64,000 nt of DNA, from contig OZ024741.1 in assembly GCA_964016885.1 (NCBI GenBank), positions 279,806,001 to 279,870,000 of the forward strand. The letters run 5' to 3'. This document shows positions 16,059 to 29,054 of the stretch, in pieces. The stretch comes from Eledone cirrhosa. Lineage: Eukaryota. Position numbers and translations under genes: made by a program. The notes beneath the pieces are model-generated. The model had not been told where the DNA came from. It worked only from the letters and a program-made list of their open reading frames with translations, and made no database searches. The first letter of the stretch is position 1; every line of letters begins with the position of its first letter.

Positions 16059-16191
16059 CTAATTCATCTTCATCTTCTTCATTTTCAGGAATTGATCCAA
16101 TTCTGTTTCTTGATCGAGGTTCACCATACCCATCGGACAAGTCACTCATACTGTAGCTTTTATAAATATGGTTGGCAATCCGTGCTTGGCC
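16059..16191 (-). CDS. REEP: Internal exon (133 nt) of a REEP1-4 family gene: GQARIANHIYKSYSMSDLSDGYGEPRSRNRIGSIPENEEDEDEL
   Basis: ttttacAG acceptor and GTAAGA donor. The phase-0 start fits the 27289 exon. KSYSMSDL matches the RSFSMQDL motif of REEP1-4. Confidence 0.88.
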
Positions 16192-17269
16192 CTGTAAAAT
16201 TAAAAATCAGAAGTGGATAGTGTAAAATGAAAACCAAACATAAATTATATAGAAAGCAAAATTATTGATGAAGAGCGCCCACACTGGAAAAAGAAGAAAT
16301 GAATTCCTGAGGCTCTTTTCTAGTTTGACATAAAATAAGATGATGCCTGCAATTTGAGTAGATTAAATAACGAACAAATGACAGCAGCCAAATCATTGAA
16401 ACCCTACTGGCAGACATAGCTAGTTATGTATCAGTAACCTACAGTTTCAATTACTCACTTAAGGTTTCTTTAACTGCTATACACTGCTTTATCTGTCATT
16501 TTGACTTTACAAAAATTAGCTCAAGTTCTGTCTCCTATCCAACTGTCTTCTCAGCATAAACCTTCTCAATCAACAATGGCAGACCTAAAATCTAAGTGGT
16601 TACTTAAAGTACACTCTTGGAAAATAAGGGAAGGAGGGGGGTTTAGCATATTTTCAAGATAAACAAGCTACACAAAGTTCTTTATAAATATTTCTGTTTA
16701 CACCAAGTGAAACAACTAAATGGCTATAATTTTTGCTATGTGTCTCCAACTTTGTGATTAACTGAATGCAAAAAAAAAAAAGAAAGAAAAAAGGAAAAGA
16801 GTAAATCTAAATTGTTCTAAAAATTCGATATGTAAAACAGACCTTCCACAATTCCCAATGCATAATACATGCAAACCGTTTCAATATATTTAATATGTGT
16901 TACTATATTTGTTTTTTAATTGGTCCTGCTGCTTCGGCAGATCTGTCAGTCAGTCTCAGTTGCCATAAATAAGTATTAGAAAATAAAATCTTTAATAAGT
17001 CTCAGCTGCAGTGACCAACAATTTTAGCTAAGTTTCGGCCAAGTTTAGTGCCTGAAGACAAACTGGTTTGACCAGATTTACAACTAAAATTTAGACACTC
17101 ACCCATAAATCATTATATGCTATTTATTGAAGCTACACTGGTAATTGATTCTTGAAAGATGAGAACCAATCAGTTTTTAACCATTTCATTTCTGTAATTC
17201 TAATGAAATACACTACCTATGTGTTTCAATTAATTTTGAAAATAAAGTATCATTGGTGTATTCAGTAAT

Positions 17270-17750
17270 CAGAAGGGAAGTAAGTGTAAAAACCAAACTC
17301 GTTATCTTTAATTCAGTATTTGTGCCAACCCTTACCTATGGTCATGAATCTTAGGTAATCGCGAATACAAGTGGCTGAAATAGGGTTTCTCCAAAGGGTC
17401 TTTGGAGTAATGTTACTCAATAGAGTGTGTAGTTCGGAGATCAAAGAATCACTCCAGGTAGAGCCACCACTTCTCCGAATTGAGAGATCACAGCTCTGAT
17501 ACTACGGGCATGTGGTTAGAATGTCTCAGGAAAGAATCGCTGGACAGATTTTATGGGAAAAATCAACTGGCAGAAAACCCAGAGGTAAGCCTGAGCAAGA
17601 CGGTTGGATAACATCCATGAGTGTGGCTGGTCTCACTTGGTGTCAAACTGGATCAGTTGGAGATGGTTGCTTCTGACAGGACTCGCTGAAAGGAGTGTTT
17701 GAGAACTCTGCCCCCATGACCCTCTCAGGAATAAGTGGGTGAAGAAGTAT
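17270..17750 (+). mobile_element. Decayed 3' part of an Expander-like RTE
   Basis: Translation LTYGHES*...IQVAEIGFLQRV...VEPPLLRIERSQL*YYGHVVRM. Confidence 0.7.
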
Positions 17751-18248
17751 GTTTGGAATCTTTTTCCATTCAGTAGGTTTATATGACCCATTATTAAACT
17801 ATATTATATAGTCAAAAAATATTACAGCGAAGCCTCTATTTTTATTTTGAAAATTTTTATAAAAAGATAAAGAAATTTAATAATAAAAAAATAACTTTTT
17901 TCATGCATAAGATGATATTTGAACATTTCAACAAATACAATTATGGTGGAGGGTTTTAAGGTAAAAATGAACATTTTATAATGGGCAGTTTTGTATCATG
18001 AAACCAAGGCAGGTTTAAGGTGGTTTGGTATCAAAAGGGATAAGCATGGTTAATTTTTAAGAATGTTACTATTAGAAGGTTTCTATGTTCAATATAACAA
18101 AATTTGTATTTGACTATAGTTTTAAAAAATACTGTGAGACACAATTTAGGAAATAAAGAAAATATATAAGCCATCACTGCTCACTCTGCAACCATAGGGT
18201 TCTAGGTTTGATCCCACTGCATAGGACATCAGGTTGATTGATGCACAT

Positions 18249-18279
<31 letters not shown>

Positions 18280-18280
18280 A

Positions 18281-18313
<33 letters not shown>

Positions 18314-18509
18314 CACATACATACACATGCAAACAGATATACACACGCGCTGTGCCTCAGCCTTCATGCTTAGCATTGAAGAATTGTTTGAGAGCCAACC
18401 TTGCTACAAGCACATCAGTTGCAATGTCTTTACTAAGCACCTCGTCTAACCTAACTAGTTCTCCCTCTGCTCTTTTTTTTGTTCTATTGCTGCAGCCTTA
18501 CTGAACCTA

Positions 18510-18625
18510 ATGGATTCTATTAATAAGCCTAGCCTCCAACTGTGGACTAATCATAACACAGTTATCAATTGGTTTATAAACATTGATAATAAAATCAGAG
18601 CAAAATTCACGGAGCTTTGATATCT
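18510..18625 (+). mobile_element. Short Penelope-like RT remnant
   Basis: LQLWTNHNTVINWFINIDNKIRAKFTE/FDI resembles the 'W.NT..VI.WF.NI..K....F..FDI' segment of invertebrate PLE RTs (recalled, not searched). Confidence 0.45.
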
Positions 18626-18746
18626 AGATAGATATTTCTTCTTCCTTTTCTCCTTCTCATCAGCTTTATACTCTTTTTTTATTTGTTTTTACCCCTCTGC
18701 CATATAGAAAGATTTAAAACTTAAGCAACCACCCACTAGCTACATG

Positions 18747-18788
<42 letters not shown>

Positions 18789-18867
18789 ATTACCAATATC
18801 TTCTTGCATAAATAAATCCCCACCATCTACAACCCTTTATGAAAATGCTTTCTCATATAAATACCCC

Positions 18868-18870
<3 letters not shown>

Positions 18871-18932
<62 letters not shown>
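18871..18932. repeat. (AG)n microsatellite
   Basis: Read directly. Confidence 0.95.
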
Positions 18933-18935
<3 letters not shown>

Positions 18936-20423
18936 ATTCCACAACACAACCCATAAACACATTTAAATTCTATTTGTAAAATAATTTTTCAGGAAACAAA
19001 TATTTTGACCCTTTTGTTACTATATTTCTAACTAAAATATGTGCTCTAATTAACTTCTTACATAATCATAAATTCTTTGTTTACTGATATATGAATGTGG
19101 ATTTTGGAGCATAACAAAAGGTTTTTAAATAAATCTATTATATAATTTTTGTTTCAAAGGTACTCTCATTAAGAGCATAGATAAAGTCAGTAAAATGCAA
19201 AACTATTTAAATTTTGTTTAAATATTATCATATGAAATGAATTTTAAGCCAATATTCAAAGTTGGGCCCATTATTTTATTTCCAATTGAACATAGCTGAT
19301 TTCTGTCAGAGAAAAAAAGAGAGAAAGGAAGTGAGAAAGAGATACATAGAGAGGAAATATCGACCCCCATAACTGGACTGGTCCTTTTTTTTTTTTATCA
19401 AAGAACGTAAGGCTAAATTGACTTCAATAGGATTTGAACTCAAGAGCGCATAGAGCCAAAATGAATATACAAAGCATTCTATCTGATGTTCTAAAAACTC
19501 TGCCAATTTGCTGCCCTCAAATGCATATATATCATAAAGTTAATATAGCACAAAATACTAGAATCTATGTTTGAAGAAAACTACAAAATGAAATAACTCA
19601 TACACACATACAAATTTTTTAAATGATAATGCATTTATACACATTCAAAAAATACTCACAAATATAAAAAAAAATTAGAATGATTGCAAATATAATTTTT
19701 AAAATTGAAAACAAGGTAAGTTAGAATAATATTGATGATGTAATAAAAACTACCAAGAGAGGAGCAGTAATGAAATAGTGAAACACCAGGCTAAGTTAAT
19801 TTTAACTCATCTTCTAAATACCAACCAAATAACGAGAAAGTTAATTATATTACAAAATCATTTTAAATTCTTGATTATTTTTCAAAGGATTTGAAAATCG
19901 TTGAAAATCGTCAGCAGTGTTTTTCATAAGAATTATGGTCATGAAAAAAGCTACAGCATATAAGTTTTGTATTACAGAATTATGTTAGGGATATGTAAGG
20001 AAATATATATCTCTATGTTTGGTATAATTAAAGAGATTATCTATAGCTTATCACTTCATTTTAGTAATTGTCCATGGCAACAGCCTTTGAACATATCATA
20101 AACAAGAAACATATGCAAGCTGAATTTAAGTCCAATTTATGTTAAACGTACAATATATTATATGATACAACCTATAAGCAGTTTTAAAAATTTGGTACAT
20201 TGCATTCTAATTAACTTTTCTCCAGAAATATTATTTACGAAAAGAAAATATGTTCATAAACTCACTAACAAATCTTACAGCAGATAATGCCCAGGTAATG
20301 GAATTTGATAAAGTCTATGTTTAATTCATCTAATCATAACTGGACTACATTTCATTTATTGCTTCTATTTATCACCTACACACACATACACAAATTAGGT
20401 GAAATTCACAATATTTTCATCTG

Positions 20424-20477
20424 CCAAATACGCATGTTTTGCAGGTGAATTCTTAATTCCACAGCTCGTCAGTCTAA
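20424..20477 (-). ncRNA. Degenerate minimal type I hammerhead-like motif
   Basis: UUAGA-CUGACGA-GC..GGAAUU/AAUUC..GC-AAAA (GAAA mutated)-CAUGC-GUA-UUUGG. Confidence 0.5.
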
Positions 20478-20516
20478 AATCGTTGTGTAGTAAATTTTTC
20501 ATCAAAATTTTTTAAT

Positions 20517-20581
20517 AAATTTATATCCAAAGTTGGCAGAGCACTTAGTATGAGTGCTCTGACAACTTTGGATATAAATTT
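20517..20581. repeat. Near-perfect palindrome: 29-bp arms, 7-nt loop, one mismatch
   Basis: AAATTTATATCCAAAGTTGGCAGAGCACT-TAGTATG-AGTGCTCTGACAACTTTGGATATAAATTT. Confidence 0.9.
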
Positions 20582-20659
20582 TTAAAATGAGATTCACTAT
20601 ATATAACCCTTTTCCCTTTCAGATCTATAAAACATCTACCCAAGTAAATAGCAACTGGC

Positions 20660-21416
20660 AAGGTACAAAACTCAGGACTGCCACCCAGAAAGGTAAATCG
20701 GGCAAAATTATGGAACTGCTAGAGAGGAGGGAAGTAGACATCTACTGTGTACAAGAGGTGAGATAGTGGTCTTGTTGGGGCACCCCTCTGACAGGCAAAC
20801 AGCAAAGATACAAGCTTTACTGGATAGGAAATGACGATAGGGTAGGAGGCATAGGCATCTTACTAGCCGAGAAATGGATAGATAAAGTGATAGAAGTAGT
20901 TAGGGTAAGTGTCAGAATTATCAAGCTTAGGTTAGCAGTAGGAAATAAAATGGTGACAATTACATCTGCCTATGATCGAAAGGCAGGACTGAGTAAAGAA
21001 CAGAAAGACAGGTTCCATGAAGAACTTTTCTAGATGACTTCAAGTACCAATAAAAGTGACATCATCTTGGCAGGCAACTTTAACAGACATGTGGGGCAAT
21101 ACCAGGAAGGATTCATTGGGGTTCACGGTGGCTCAAAAAATGAAGAGGGATTGAGGTGGTGTGCAGGAGAGACAACTGAGTTGGTTTGGACATGTGATGC
21201 ACATGGACAATGATCATTGAGTGAAGTGACAGAAAATGCCAGTGGAAAGAAGCTGCAGTAGAGGTAGACCAAGAAAGACCTGGGCAGAGGTTGTGTGAGT
21301 TGACCTCAAATCACTGAGACTCACAGAAGCGATAACAAAGGATTGCGACATGTGGAGAGATGTCGTTCTGAGAAGGACCCGTTCGACCCATGCAAGCGTA
21401 AAAATTATGATGATGA
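20660..21416 (+). mobile_element. Internally deleted RTE (APE start fused to the 3' end)
   Basis: ELLERREVDIYCVQEVR...GNFNRHVG...NEEG is joined near 21155 to VQERQL.WFGHVM...GRPRKTW and a (GAT)n tail. Confidence 0.85.
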
Positions 21417-23931
21417 TATATATATATAATCAACATCATCATTTTTACATCGACATTTCCATGCTGGCATGGGTTGGACAGGAACTTTTTAAGTAATGTT
21501 TTACAGTTGGATGCCCTTCCTGACACAAACCCTTTTAGTCACTTCTTAAAACACAGAGATAAAGTGTACCTTTTCTAAATCGAATACATGCAGTTTTTTA
21601 TATATATAATTTTCATCATCATTTAAGATCTGTTTCTCCTATTTGCAAGGGTTGGACAGGTCTTTACAGACCGATATATATACACATGTACACAGAACAT
21701 AAGATTTGAACATAATGTTTTATGCAAATTTACAGAACACAACATATTAGATAAACATGATCATTACTGGAAATGATCCCACCAATTTAGGGAAAAAAAA
21801 CTATAATCTATTTTGTATGAACTAATTAATACATTGAGTATTGTAAAGTCATGTATGTATGTCATACACACATATATATATATATAGGTAAAATTCCATT
21901 ATAATGAAATTTATTTCAATCCCCAGCCACATGCTCGGTGTGTTTCAGCCGATCTCGTTATATAGGCGAATTGGCAGAGTCATCAGAACATTGGATAGAA
22001 TGCTTTGTGGTATTTGGTCTGGCTCTCTGCTCGCTGAGTTAAAATTCCGCTGAGGCCAACTTTGCCTTTCATCCTTTCATGGTCGTAAAAAAAAAAAAAA
22101 TACCAGTCCAATACTGGAGTCGAACCTTCCGCTATATCTCTATCGCACTTTCTACACTTCTCTGGAAGAAATCTGCTGTAATTAGGCCTAGTGAAGGTCC
22201 ATACAACTCAACTATCAGTTACGTGTGTGTAAACATTAAACACACTTTCAAATCTTTAGAATTCTATAATTTTGCAGCGTTTAATTTTTCACTATTTATT
22301 CAACACACCTAAATGAATGTGGTAAAAAGGGGAGAAAAAAAAGATATTCTATGAAAATTTATTTGTAACTTAATATACGAACGGATAATATTAGACCAAC
22401 TATTAATCCTCCCAGATAATTGATTTATTGAACGAGTTATCTCCCTTACATTATGCTACCGTTTCCACAGAAATTGTTTTATTTTTTAAATATATATATT
22501 CTACGAGAAAAATAAATAAGACTACTCCTATTGAAATATAAATAGGATTAAATGCAATAGAAGCTAACTTATTTACTACAAGATTAAAACAGTAAGCTGC
22601 AAGAATGAAACCTGACAAATCTAAAACAGGAAAACTGGGTTGCATGCAGTTTTATCACAATATAACTGTTCTTTCTGAAAAAAAATCTATTTTTTATGTA
22701 ATGATATCGATTCTGTTTTAATACAACAGAAGTACTAAATAATACATACACACATGTATATACACAAAAGTACACACACACATATACACATATTTGATAC
22801 ATATATACACACACATTTATATATCTCCACATACACACACACATCCTGAAATACATTTATTCAACATTCTCACATGGTTACTGAAGTAGCTGTGATATTA
22901 TCACAGCTAAAAATACTCACATTGAGAGATATGTATGTGGTATATTAAACATAAACATACTGCATCTCCTTTCATATGGGCCTCTGTTCTGAATCCCACT
23001 GTGTTATGCATGAGTGAGTGTGAGTGTGTGTGTCTGTGCATAAGTGTGTGTTTGAGTGTATGCATGTGTGTGCATGCTATCCTGCAGTTTCTTGTGATAC
23101 TGCTAATTAATACTAGCCTGTCAAGACTATGCAAATAAGAGCCCGTACATATATACATACTATGTAAGAAACATTAGCTTCTATACCTCGGCACTGAGTG
23201 ATGATGGATTAACCATCTTGAAATATATGATGTATTTGGGATTCTCACACAGTTACTGAGGCAGCTGTGATCATATCACAGCTGAAAATATTCACAAGAA
23301 GACTATGTGTATTTATTATATACAAACTTATTGTATCTGCTTCCATATACACCTTCTTACACACACAAATATATACAGCATGGACTGGGTGTTTTTTTTT
23401 ATCATATACATACTTACATACATACACACAAGCATACCTGCTAATTGCTCTATCATAAATGCCAATGCCAACAGAGTGACTCCAAACTAACACTTATTCA
23501 CAAAGTATGTATATATGTAAGTGCACATATGTGTGTGTGTGCATCAAGTGTTAAAATAATATATCATCATAGCCCAGCTTTTTAGAATAGGTACATAGTA
23601 TCCCTGCATGTCATAAAAGTCAAACAAAAAAAGGGTTATAATACATTTCATCCAACCCATGCCAGCATGAAAAAGTGAACATAAAAACAATGATGGTGTA
23701 TTGTTATCTTTCCTCATTGGCCTTTCTTTGTGTGTGTGTGCATGGGTGTGTGTATGTGAAGAGTGAAATTCTAAGTCAACTTCGGTGTAATTTACACTAA
23801 GAATGTAACTAAATAGCAGGGTTGATAAAATAAAGTACTAGTAATACACTGGAGTCAATTTAATTGACTTTCCCCTTCCTTCAAATTGTTGGCCTTGTGC
23901 CTAAATCAAAAACCATTATTTCATCAACACC

Positions 23932-24150
23932 AGAAGGTTGGCTTGCCATGATTTCATTGACTCTTTCTTTGTTAAGCTAGTCTCCGTTGAGATCTTCTGT
24001 GTCCTTGGTCCTTGAACTGCTATTTTTCTCTGGAAAATTGGGAAGAATGTAACTTGCCTGAAGGAGACCCAGGAGGTGGAGTGGCTGATACAGCAGGTGC
24101 TGATTGGTGTCCTCCATAGTATAGCAATGTTTTCGCTGTCTTGTCCACAG
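23932..24150 (+). mobile_element. Decayed C-terminal restriction-like-endonuclease region of a CRE-like non-LTR element
   Basis: VSVEIFCVLGP*TAIFLWKIGK...EVEWLIQQVLIGV resembles the CRE C-terminal pattern VAVET.GV.GP...FL..IG...E..WL.QRIS.A (recalled). Confidence 0.45.
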
Positions 24151-25269
24151 GGCACAGCTGAGACATACCGCCTAGGCTGGTTTTTAGAAGCTTCCCCCTC
24201 CCCCACTTTCATTATTCAATGTTTTGTTTTATTGCAAATATCATAATTTAATTGAAATTTGTTGATTCTCATTTAAGCATTACTAACAGGAAAATAAGAA
24301 AACACAAACATCAAAATTGCAGTAAAATAAGTTGATTTTTAACCCAGATTTTTATGTTTTGGAGAGTTGTAACATTCGTTCTTCTACAATAAAAAAAAAA
24401 AGGAGAAAAGAAGATTAGAAAAATCCCCAGAAAAACAGTAATCTCACACCCCATTTTAGAAACCAAAGAATGTGAATAACAAAAATCTGAGTTAAAATCC
24501 AAGTTAACTGTTCGGAGAAAGGAAAAAGGGGGCTATTAAAGCAAGGAAGCACTAAGACATTAAGTTAATGAGAGTATAGGAGTTACTGTAGCAGCTGCAA
24601 TAGCTAAAATGTTTATGAAGACCAGAGAATGGCTGTTTTCTATAGTGGAATAAAGAGCATCACAGAGAATTGTAACTATAGAATTGTGGAGATTATGATT
24701 TAACAACCAAATCTTGAATAGGCAGTAGTAGGCCTTCTTGCTTCAGTGAGTTTTGCTTCAGAATCAGGCTCTGATAACCAAGTTGTGTGATACTAAAATA
24801 ACATTTTGCCACTTCTACTACTTCTACTTCTCCAATACAATAATAGCAAGTTGGAGTATTGGACTTACTTATAAGCAGACAGTCAAACTAAAGGAGATAA
24901 TTTCTATTTCTGAGAAGTGGGTGTTTATGTAACATTGGAACCAATCACAGTAAAATAATTATTCTCTATTCATTTGTCTAAAAAGGCAAGGCAACACCTA
25001 TAGTATTTTTTAAAAAAATGCTATATTTTGTTAGTAATTCCATACACTGAAAATGATCTACCACTCTAAAGCACCTTCATGGTAATAGTTTCTAATTTAG
25101 ACACAAAGTCAGCAATTTAACCCTTTAGCATTTAAACCAGCCTTTTAAGGTATTATTCTCAAAATAAATAATATCAAAATCTCATAGATTCAATATTATG
25201 TGTGATAATTATGTAAAATAAAGCCTTTATCACAAAAATACAATAGTATATATAGAGTAATGTAAATTC

Positions 25270-26281
25270 TAAAGGCAAAAGAAAGTCGATTAAATCAACC
25301 CCGGTATTTGACTGGTACATTATTTCATCAACACTAGCAGGATGAAAATCAAACTTGACCTTGGTGGGATTTGAACTTAGAATGTAAAGAACCGGAACAA
25401 ATACTGCAAAGCTTTGGAGCACCCTTATAATAATAACCTAGAAACAAGGCCAACAATTTATGTAAAGGATAAAGTCAATTAATTATCTGGTACTTTATTT
25501 TATGAACCCCAGAAGGATGAAAGGCAAAACTGATCTCAGCAGCATTTGAACTCAGAATGTTAAAAGCATGAACAAACGTAACAAAGCATTTTATCCAATG
25601 CACCAACAATACTGCCAAATCACTAGCCTCACACCTTATGATAATAATAATGGTTTCTGATTTAGGCACAAAGCCAATAATTTGGAGGGAGGGGAAAATC
25701 GATTAAATTGACGACAGTTCATTACTTCTGCTTCATTTTATTGATCCCATAAGGATGAAAGACTAAGCTAACCTCAGTGGGATTTGAACTCAAAACGTAA
25801 AGGGACATAACTATATGCCACAAAGCATGTTGGCCAATACTCTGTCAATACCATCAACCCACCACCCTCATAATAATAATAATAATAATTGTTTCTACTT
25901 TTGGCACAAGGCCAGAAATTATCTCAGTACATTACTGGTACTTTATTTTATCGACCCTGTAAGGATGAAAGGCAAAGTGAACCTCGGCAGGATTTGAACT
26001 CAGACTATAAAGGGGCGTAATTATGTTGCAAAGCATGGCGTCCGACCTTCTACCGATAATGCCCCCCCCCCCTATGATAATAGCCTTTTGGCTAAGATGT
26101 GATAATAATAATAATTGTTTCTACTTTTGGCACAAGGCCAGCAATTACCCAGTACATTACTGGTACTTTATTTTATTGACCCCGTAAGTTAACCTCAGCG
26201 GGATTTGAACTCAGACCGTAAAGGGACGTAACTATGCTGGAAAGCATGGCGTCCGACTCTCTACCGATACTGCCAATCCAA
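25270..26281 (-). mobile_element. Cluster of about five head-to-tail tRNA-derived SINEs (family of 45745)
   Basis: Repeated GGATGAAAGGCAAAGT..ACCTC..GGGATTTGAACTCAGA blocks separated by (TAA)n tails. Confidence 0.85.
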
Positions 26282-27288
26282 CACATATATATGTATATAT
26301 TATATCATAACACAGACATACATGCATAATTTTTATGTGCACACATGTTACTGGGTGTTAACTTCAAGGACAAACAGGTTTATTTAGTGAGTCAAATTCT
26401 GACACCTAATAATTTTGGCATCTGTCTATGTACTTGGTAAACCCAACATGAGTCAATTAAAATATAACTGAAAGATATTTATTACTTATGATATTTAATA
26501 CATGATAGGTGAAAATAAACATATCCAAGAGTGCACTATATTGGATATAGTTATAGTGGGGTGTTTGTGCACATGTATGTATCCTTTCCAAGTAATTATG
26601 TAATTATTGTAATATAACGGATTTGTTTGCAGAAAACATCTTCATAAAAACACGTATATGCATTGAAATATAACTATCAACATCATCATCTAACATCCAT
26701 TTTTTGTTGCGAGCAAGGGTTGGGCAGATCATCATAGACCAAGTCAGTAGATAATCAGAGCTATGCATCTCATTTATATACATTCCCAAATCCAGCAGAG
26801 GTCAACTTTGCCTTTCATCCTTTCGAGGTCAATAAAAAACTGGGGTTTATTCTTCCGCTTTATATATATATATCCTCTGGAGGAAAGTGGGTATTTTCAG
26901 ACCGACAAAGGAGATGAGCTCCGACAGATTTTGAAAGTACCCCAGACAGACTGTATATCATCACAATGCCTCTGAAACTCCACACATCCACACATGATAA
27001 TGTAAAAATCTCTAATAAATTCTTAGACTTGATATGATTCATTTTTTTTTTAAATGTAAAAAGAAAAAAAAAAAAATACAAAAAAAAAAACCAAAAAAAA
27101 ACCAAAAAAAGCAATGCCATTCTTAATATTGAGAATAGAGAATAAGTGAAACATTACTAGCAGCAATTTGTCTCTAACCCCAGCCATGGAACTGCTAACC
27201 AACACTACAAACCATTCCATACCATACCACCCAATCAATAGAAGAAATTATTTTGACAGAAATCTTTTATAGCAGTAGTACTACTCAC

Positions 27289-27402
27289 TTGTATGGCTGT
27301 CTTGACAATGACATTAGTTGCGTACCTAATTCCCCGGTGGCCCAGCTGTAGTACTGTAGAATAGCTGGCATCTCTTGCATGTGCTAAATAGTCATCTATT
27401 TC
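27289..27402 (-). CDS. REEP: Internal exon (114 nt) of a REEP1-4 family gene: EIDDYLAHARDASYSTVLQLGHRGIRYATNVIVKTAIQ
   Basis: Polypyrimidine tract with tttacAG acceptor and GTGAGT donor, phase 0/0. Similar to vertebrate REEP1/2 [38 protein letters not shown] (recalled). Confidence 0.92.
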
Positions 27403-28020
27403 CTGTAAAGAAAAAGAAGAAATAATAATACTAATTATGAAAGAAAAATAAATTAATAATAATAAAGAACGCTAAAAGAATGAGATTCTTTTTTTTTTCT
27501 CCCTTCCTGAGTTTCTAATTTTGAAAGAGAGAAGATGCTTTTCTATTTGAAATTAAAATATTTAAAGCTGGTGTATATCGTAAGAGTAGTAGTAGGGAGG
27601 AAGATAGACTGGAAAGATTTTGAAGATGAAATAAATCAGGTAAAAGAATTGATCAGACAGATACTGATAAATAAATTCAGGAAAGAATCTAAAAATATAT
27701 AACGTAATTGACAATGGTAACTTCATTGGGTGTGTGTGTATGTATGTATGTACATATATATATCATCATCATCATCACCATTTAACATTTTTCCATGCTA
27801 GCATGGGTTAGACAAGTAGTCCTGTTGTGTGACAAGCCAGACCAAATGACCATGTCTTGCTCATACAGAACTGATTTTGGCTTGGTTTCTATGGCTGGAT
27901 GCCTTTTCTAATGCCAACCACATTTACAGAATGGACTGGGTGCTTTTTATTGAGACACCTGCATGACCAAAATATATATGTGCGTGTGTATGTGTGTTTA
28001 TATATATATATATATATATT

Positions 28021-28111
28021 AGAGAATTGGGGCTTGACGGCTGGGCTCTTGCCATTTTGATAGCAAACTCGAAACCAGTCTTACTAGTATAAAACTGGTA
28101 TAATCCTGATC
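28021..28111 (-). other. Divergent third member of the 11080/11996 motif family, abutting (TA)n
   Basis: Shares GAGCYCAGCCGUCAAG and the upstream hairpin, with compensatory changes. Confidence 0.5.
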
Positions 28112-29054
28112 TATATGTGCGTGTGAGTAAATACATATATACATAAATACATAAGACAGTGAAAAGGTAGAGTTGTTAGAACAAGAGATAGAATACTTTG
28201 TGGTATTCATTTTGGCTCTCTGTGCTGAAATCCCGCCAAGATCAACTGTGACCTTCATCCTTTTGAGGTCGATAAAAGAAGTTCCAGTCCAGTACTGGGG
28301 TTGATTCTTTCACTGTATCTCTTTCACACTTCCTCTCTTACTTTTCTCAGTATCTCCATTTTTCATGCTGACATGGGTTGGACAGGTTGTCTGAGATAAG
28401 ATGAGGTTAGTCAACCACATCTTGCACATCTGTTCCATATATGTATGTGTGTATGCATGTGGTGCCACCAGTACTAGAGAGGTTGTCATGTCTTTGACAC
28501 GACTGAGGAGTCCTCTCGACCTTTTGTTAGGCTTGATGTCCTTCCTATTACCAACCATTTTGCAGAGTGTACTCAATGCATTTTATCATATCATAAACAA
28601 ACATTGGAGATGTCATGCCCTTGACACAACTGAAGAGTCCTCACAACTTATATATATATATAGTACAGATATATTATAAACATATAAGTAGCAATCTTTT
28701 CTCATGAAAATATGTGAAAAACCAGGATGCTACATATCTATGAGATCTATAAAACCTCAATTCAAAATATTTTGTACATTTTATGTAAAATGTATGAGTG
28801 ACTTATCCTTACTAGTATCACTCTCGATCCTCAAATAATAGGGGATGCTGGAATAAGCGGGGTGGTTGAAATAAGTGGTAGTGTTAGAAATAGTGGGGTT
28901 GGGGTGGAAAATCGGTAATTTTTCTAGGTTGTCTTTGTTGATTAAAAAAAAAAAAAAAAAAAAAAAAAAATTATTGATTTAGTTTACATAGTTGGTGTTA
29001 GGAAGGGCATCCAGCCATAGAAAACCTGCCATATGGGATTTCTAGTAATGCACT

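Noticed and set aside
24768-24782. GGCTCTGATAACCA resembling an LTR primer-binding site (minus strand)
   Set aside because: Imperfect match, and no LTR pair or gag/pol remnant was recognised.
28030-28056. Superficial likeness of GGCAAGAGCCCAGCCGUCAAG to twister-sister ribozyme sequence
   Set aside because: The GCAAG is not conserved in the other copies, and I could not build the twister-sister topology.
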